A DNA stretch of 64,000 nt from Ferruginibacter sp. (GTDB lineage: Bacteria; Bacteroidota; Bacteroidia; Chitinophagales; Chitinophagaceae). This document shows, one piece after another, positions 59,941 to 64,000 of this stretch. A program made the translations under genes and the position numbers. Below the pieces are notes generated by a model. That model was not told the origin of the DNA. It did no database searches and worked only from the letters and a program-made list of their open reading frames with translations. The stretch covers positions 14,699-78,698 of the forward strand of contig JANXXM010000036.1 in assembly GCA_025350645.1 (NCBI GenBank), read 5' to 3'. Positions within the stretch are counted from its first letter, which is position 1, and every line of letters starts with the position of its first letter.

Positions 59941-62319
59941 ATGAAAAAGTATTTTCTTCTGGTGCTTATCTTTCTATGTTCAGCGCCGGCCTTTGCGCAG
60001 GTACCCAACAAATTTAATTACCAAGCGGTGGCACGCAATGCAGCAGGGCAGGGCATTACCAACGCAAGCATTCGAATTCGCATTACCATTTTAGATGGTG
60101 GCGGTACTGGTACAAATGTGTATAGCGAAACCCGGCAGGCCACAACAAACCAGCTTGGTTTATTTACTCTTGCCATAGGCAGCACAGGGGCACTAAGCAG
60201 CACAGGAAACTTTGCGGCAGTAAACTGGAGTTCGGGAAATAAGTTTATAAAAGTGGAAGCTGATCCGCTGGGAGGAAACAACTTTACGGAGCTTGGCAAC
60301 ACAGAATTACTAAGTGTGCCTTATGCCTTGTACACCGTAAATGGCAGGCCCGGTGTACAAGGCCCGCAGGGATTGCAAGGCCCGCAGGGTGTTACAGGCG
60401 CACAAGGGTTACCGGGGTTATTAGGACCGGCAGGTGCAACGGGCCCCGCCGGAAACATAGGGCCAGCAGGAGTTACAGGCGCACAAGGACCGCAAGGGTT
60501 AGCAGGAGCAACGGGTGCAACTGGCCCTGTAGGAAATACAGGACTAGCTGGTCCGCAAGGTGCACAGGGTATTGCCGGTGCTAAAAGTCTTGTAAAAACT
60601 ACAACAGAACCTGCGGGCACAAATTGCGTAAATGGCGGACAAAAAATGGAGACTGGCCTGGATGCAAACAACAATAATATTTTAGACCCTGCTGAAATTA
60701 CTGCAACAAATTATACTTGCAATGGTGCAAATGGTACAGCAATAAATGCATGGAACATTGGCGGAAACACCGCTACCAACCCCGCTGCAAATTTTATAGG
60801 AACAGCAGATAACCAACCGCTACGTTTTAGAATAAATAATTTAAATGCCGGCATCATTGATAGTAGTCTCTCCAATACAGCTATCGGGTTTCGGGCTATG
60901 GATGCGGCACCAACCGGTACTTCCAATACTGCCTTCGGCTATAAAAGTTTACTGTCAAATGCCGGCGGTTCGCTTAATACAGCAATAGGTGTAAGTGCGC
61001 TGCGGCAAAACAATGCAGGAAAATATAATGTAGCGGTGGGCGGTGGTGCGCTGCAAAGCAATACCACCGGCGATTTCAATACAGCTACCGGCACAATCTC
61101 ACTAAGTGCAAACACTACAGGCAGCGAAAATACCGCTGTTGGAAACACCACATTGTATTACAATACCACCGGCAATTACAATACCGCAGCTGGCGTATCA
61201 TCCTTATATTTTAACGTTAATGGAAATTACAACACCGGCAGCGGTTACCAAACGCTCTCAAATAATATCAGCGGAAGCAACAATGCGGCCTCCGGTGCAA
61301 AATCACTTTTTGCTAATAGCACAGGCAGTTTTAATACCGCAAATGGAGCCAATGCTTTGGGCTCAAATACAATCGGCTCCTACAATACAGCCATTGGCGA
61401 AACTTCGCTGAATTTAAATACTACCGGTATTCAAAATACGGCAAGCGGTTATCAATCTCTTTATAATAACAGCATTGGCGAAGGCAATACAGCAAGCGGG
61501 TTTAAAACACTTTTCTCAAACAGCACCGGGGTAAGAAATATCGCTACCGGGTACAGTACGCTTTTTAAAAATAGCAGCGGTCAAAGTAATGTTGCTATCG
61601 GAGAACTTACAATGTATGATAACACCGTTGGCGAATTTAATACTGCCCTTGGTTCCTTTGCTCTTTTTACCAACATCAACGGAAATAATAATACCGCCAT
61701 TGGTGTAGAGGCTATGCAGTATTTAAAGGGGGGCACAAAAAATATTGCCATAGGTAGTAATGCCGGTACAGCAATTGGTTCGCCCAATGTAAACAATACC
61801 ATAAGCATAGGTAATGAAAGTATTTTAAATGGTGCAAGCAACCAGGTTATTCTGGGCAACCCCAGTTCTACCGGCTACTATTCCAATAACCCATGGGCCA
61901 CTTTTTCTGATGCGAGGATAAAAAACAATATTAAAGAAGAAGTGAAAGGTCTCGAATTTATTATGCGCCTAAGGCCGGTTACCTATTATAAAAGTATTAA
62001 CCAGATGCTGGCAATTACGGGTAACAAACAAACAAAAGATTTCCCAGGGAAACTTGATATGGAAAAAATAAAATACTCCGGGTTTCTTGCGCAAGAAGTG
62101 GAGCAAGCGGCTAGAGAAACCGGCTATGATTTTAGTGGCATTCATACACCCACTACTAACAATGAGCTTTATGCTTTAAGCTATGAAACATTTGTAGTGC
62201 CACTTGTGAAAGCCATGCAGGAACAGCAAAAAATTATTGAAACGCAAAACAAAACGATAGAAAAATTAAATGAACGGCTGCTGAACCTGGAAGAAAAACA
62301 GAATACAATTAAACAGTAG
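59941..62319 (+). CDS. Collagen-like / beta-roll fibre protein with C-terminal peptidase S74 intramolecular chaperone
   Basis: AQVP.KFNYQAVAR N-domain; 27 GXY triplets (60343-60585); E.AG.NC..GG...G.D.N...C.G module; 17 copies of a 17-aa NTAxGxxxLxxNTTGxx repeat; SDARIKNNI...GLEFIMRLRPVTY...GFLAQEV S74 domain; terminal coiled coil. Confidence 0.88.
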   Translation: MKKYFLLVLIFLCSAPAFAQVPNKFNYQAVARNAAGQGITNASIRIRITILDGGGTGTNVYSETRQATTNQLGLFTLAIGSTGALSSTGNFAAVNWSSGNKFIKVEADPLGGNNFTELGNTELLSVPYALYTVNGRPGVQGPQGLQGPQGVTGAQGLPGLLGPAGATGPAGNIGPAGVTGAQGPQGLAGATGATGPVGNTGLAGPQGAQGIAGAKSLVKTTTEPAGTNCVNGGQKMETGLDANNNNILDPAEITATNYTCNGANGTAINAWNIGGNTATNPAANFIGTADNQPLRFRINNLNAGIIDSSLSNTAIGFRAMDAAPTGTSNTAFGYKSLLSNAGGSLNTAIGVSALRQNNAGKYNVAVGGGALQSNTTGDFNTATGTISLSANTTGSENTAVGNTTLYYNTTGNYNTAAGVSSLYFNVNGNYNTGSGYQTLSNNISGSNNAASGAKSLFANSTGSFNTANGANALGSNTIGSYNTAIGETSLNLNTTGIQNTASGYQSLYNNSIGEGNTASGFKTLFSNSTGVRNIATGYSTLFKNSSGQSNVAIGELTMYDNTVGEFNTALGSFALFTNINGNNNTAIGVEAMQYLKGGTKNIAIGSNAGTAIGSPNVNNTISIGNESILNGASNQVILGNPSSTGYYSNNPWATFSDARIKNNIKEEVKGLEFIMRLRPVTYYKSINQMLAITGNKQTKDFPGKLDMEKIKYSGFLAQEVEQAARETGYDFSGIHTPTTNNELYALSYETFVVPLVKAMQEQQKIIETQNKTIEKLNERLLNLEEKQNTIKQ

Positions 62320-62401
62320 CTCCACACAGAAGACGAATTCATAAAATTAGGGTTTACATCTTCTTAAGCAATAAAAAATTAAACATCAGTAAATATTCAT
62401 T

Positions 62402-62971
62402 ATGAAACGAAATTCATTTTTAAAACTCTGTATTATTGCAGCAGCGGGCATTGTAGCACCGATAAAATTATTTGCACAAAAAATAAAAAAAATTACCAAA
62501 GGTTTTAAAGTAGCCGCAGGCAAAAACCGTTTTGATAATCCTATTTCATTATTTGAAGGCGATACCTTTACAACAAAAGTATCGTCTAAAGATAATGATG
62601 GGGATATTTATATGTTTGAAAGTGTTCGCATAAAAAACGGTGGCCCGCCCTTGCATTACCATCCGGAGCAGGATGAATGGTGGTATGTATTATCCGGCGA
62701 ATTCTTAATAAAAATAGGGGAAGAAACTTATACGGCAAAAGCCGGAGATAGTGTATATGGCCCAAGAAATATACCGCATGCTTTTGCAAAAACGAATGAA
62801 GGGGAAGCTAAATTATTAATGTTTTTTCAGCCTGCCGGCAGGATGGAAGAATGGTTTACTTTGGTAAGCAGCGGTACTTTTAAACATTTATCCGAAACGG
62901 AATTAAACGCTAAAAGAAAAGAATATGGCTTTGTTGTAACAGGCCCTGCCCTTACCCATTTAAAACAATAA
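62402..62971 (+). CDS. Cupin domain protein with Tat-like leader
   Basis: MKRNSFLK leader; GPPLHYHPEQDEWWYVL.GE, GPRNIPHAF. Confidence 0.85.
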   Translation: MKRNSFLKLCIIAAAGIVAPIKLFAQKIKKITKGFKVAAGKNRFDNPISLFEGDTFTTKVSSKDNDGDIYMFESVRIKNGGPPLHYHPEQDEWWYVLSGEFLIKIGEETYTAKAGDSVYGPRNIPHAFAKTNEGEAKLLMFFQPAGRMEEWFTLVSSGTFKHLSETELNAKRKEYGFVVTGPALTHLKQ

Positions 62972-63193
62972 AACAGCATCATTACCCGGTAAAAAATTGT
63001 ATATCCTCAAACGCTTTGTCATTTTATGTTTCTGGCTCCTGCAGTTGAACTTGTGCCGGCTTTTAGAGAAGGCCTGTCACTGATTTTTTTGGAGAGTATG
63101 GGTAAGGCCTTTTACATTACAACCCTAAGTGCGCCTTTTAGTTAGTAAATTTATTAAACAGCAAATATTTCTTGTGCATCATTAAACAATAAG

Positions 63194-64000
63194 ATGCTAT
63201 TTAAAAATAAACTTTTTTTTATACCGTTGCCCTGCAAATTTATTTTATTCACTGTTACTACTTTGTGCGTTTTTTGTAGCTATGCCGCTGCACAAAAAAA
63301 AAATTATTTTCTCCGTCATCTCACCCAGCAAAACGGGCTTGCGCACAATAATGTTTTTGATATAACACAGGATGCAAAGGGGTTTATATGGGTGGCAACA
63401 GCAAATGGCCTGCAACGATATGATGGCAGCCGGTTTGTATCTTACACTGAAATGCTTAACAGCCCAAATGCAGCAATAACAACTGCTGCATCAATATATA
63501 CCGATAAAGAAAAAAATATTATCTGGATCGCAAAGGACAATATTTTTGAGAAATTTGATCCTGTAATAAACCTGTTTAGTATATTAAAGCCCGGCAAATT
63601 AATAAATAATACAGATTTTTCTTTTGAAAAATATACTGATGAGAACAACCAAACATGGTTACTAAATAACAAAACCCTATTAAGGCTGGACAGCACTGGT
63701 AAAAATATTATGTGGCAGGATATTAATCCTCGTCCTTTTAATAATAAAGCAAGTAATTATTTTATAACAGATAGTGCTGCGGGGCTTACCTGGCTAAGGA
63801 TGTTTACTTCCGGGCTGTTGTTGTTTGATCACAGCACAAAGAAAGTTTACTCCCGCAATTACAATCCAGTAAATAATATAATGCTTCAGGAATTTGGTAA
63901 ACTGGCTGCGGATAAATTGTTTAAAAGTATTAAAAATATTATGCAGGACAGCCAGGGAAACTTTTGGACAACCACCTGGGGCGATGTTTTTTATAAATAT
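63194..64000 (+). CDS. Two-component-regulator propeller (Reg_prop) sensor protein, 5' part; runs off the right edge
   Basis: Not in the ORF track. Open frame from ATG 63194 to the end: HLTQQNGLAHNNVFDITQDAKGFIWVATANGLQRYDG; later QDSQGNFW. Confidence 0.88.
   Translation, partial: MLFKNKLFFIPLPCKFILFTVTTLCVFCSYAAAQKKNYFLRHLTQQNGLAHNNVFDITQDAKGFIWVATANGLQRYDGSRFVSYTEMLNSPNAAITTAASIYTDKEKNIIWIAKDNIFEKFDPVINLFSILKPGKLINNTDFSFEKYTDENNQTWLLNNKTLLRLDSTGKNIMWQDINPRPFNNKASNYFITDSAAGLTWLRMFTSGLLLFDHSTKKVYSRNYNPVNNIMLQEFGKLAADKLFKSIKNIMQDSQGNFWTTTWGDVFYKY

Noticed and set aside
59941-62319. Prophage, suggested by the S74 tail-fibre domain
   Set aside because: The protein has a signal peptide and sits among T9SS genes; no capsid, terminase or integrase
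48-63696. Numerous short ORFs in the track that overlap or lie antisense to well-supported genes (e.g. 1320-1730, 4220-4675, 42071-42562, 60018-61859 minus, 63442-63696)
   Set aside because: Shadow frames of real genes with no family motifs
1-64000. rRNA, tRNA, IS transposases, integrases
   Set aside because: No cloverleaf, rRNA-conserved blocks, or DDE/tyrosine-recombinase motifs recognised

Overview
A 64-kb chromosomal window from a Bacteroidota bacterium, probably Chitinophagaceae. This is inferred from TAnnTTTG promoter elements, T9SS C-terminal domains, solo TonB-dependent receptors and the carotenoid gene set. Left to right it holds: housekeeping genes (partial ctaA, rnhB, lactonase, TBDR, Sua5/YciO, amidase, ABC-F); a ~24-kb surface-polysaccharide locus (10.4-34.5 kb) whose first five genes form an AT-rich module; a carotenoid operon (crtI-crtB-crtD-cruF-crtZ-lycopene cyclase) predicted to make saproxanthin; a frameshifted DUF72 gene; a TBDR with an unusual N-terminal domain; patatin, an orphan 2-oxoacid:ferredoxin oxidoreductase beta subunit, a candidate small RNA and a histidine kinase; and a T9SS/fibre-adhesin cluster (55-62.3 kb). 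The best candidate for an undescribed system is the minus-strand unit at 45325-48406. It combines a divergent Lgt paralog, a radical SAM enzyme with the cysteine architecture of the tetraether lipid synthase (Tes/GDGT-MAS) family, and two paralogous 3-TM proteins. Each of the two has a single Cys placed like an internal lipoprotein signal, followed by a short variable tail, suggesting a dedicated protein/peptide lipidation and lipid-tail modification pathway. Decayed small selfish genes (four-helix bundle, ORF6N-like, a collapsed hicB-hicA) lie at operon junctions. No rRNA, tRNA, CRISPR array or intact transposase was seen. All family calls are by motif recognition without database searches.
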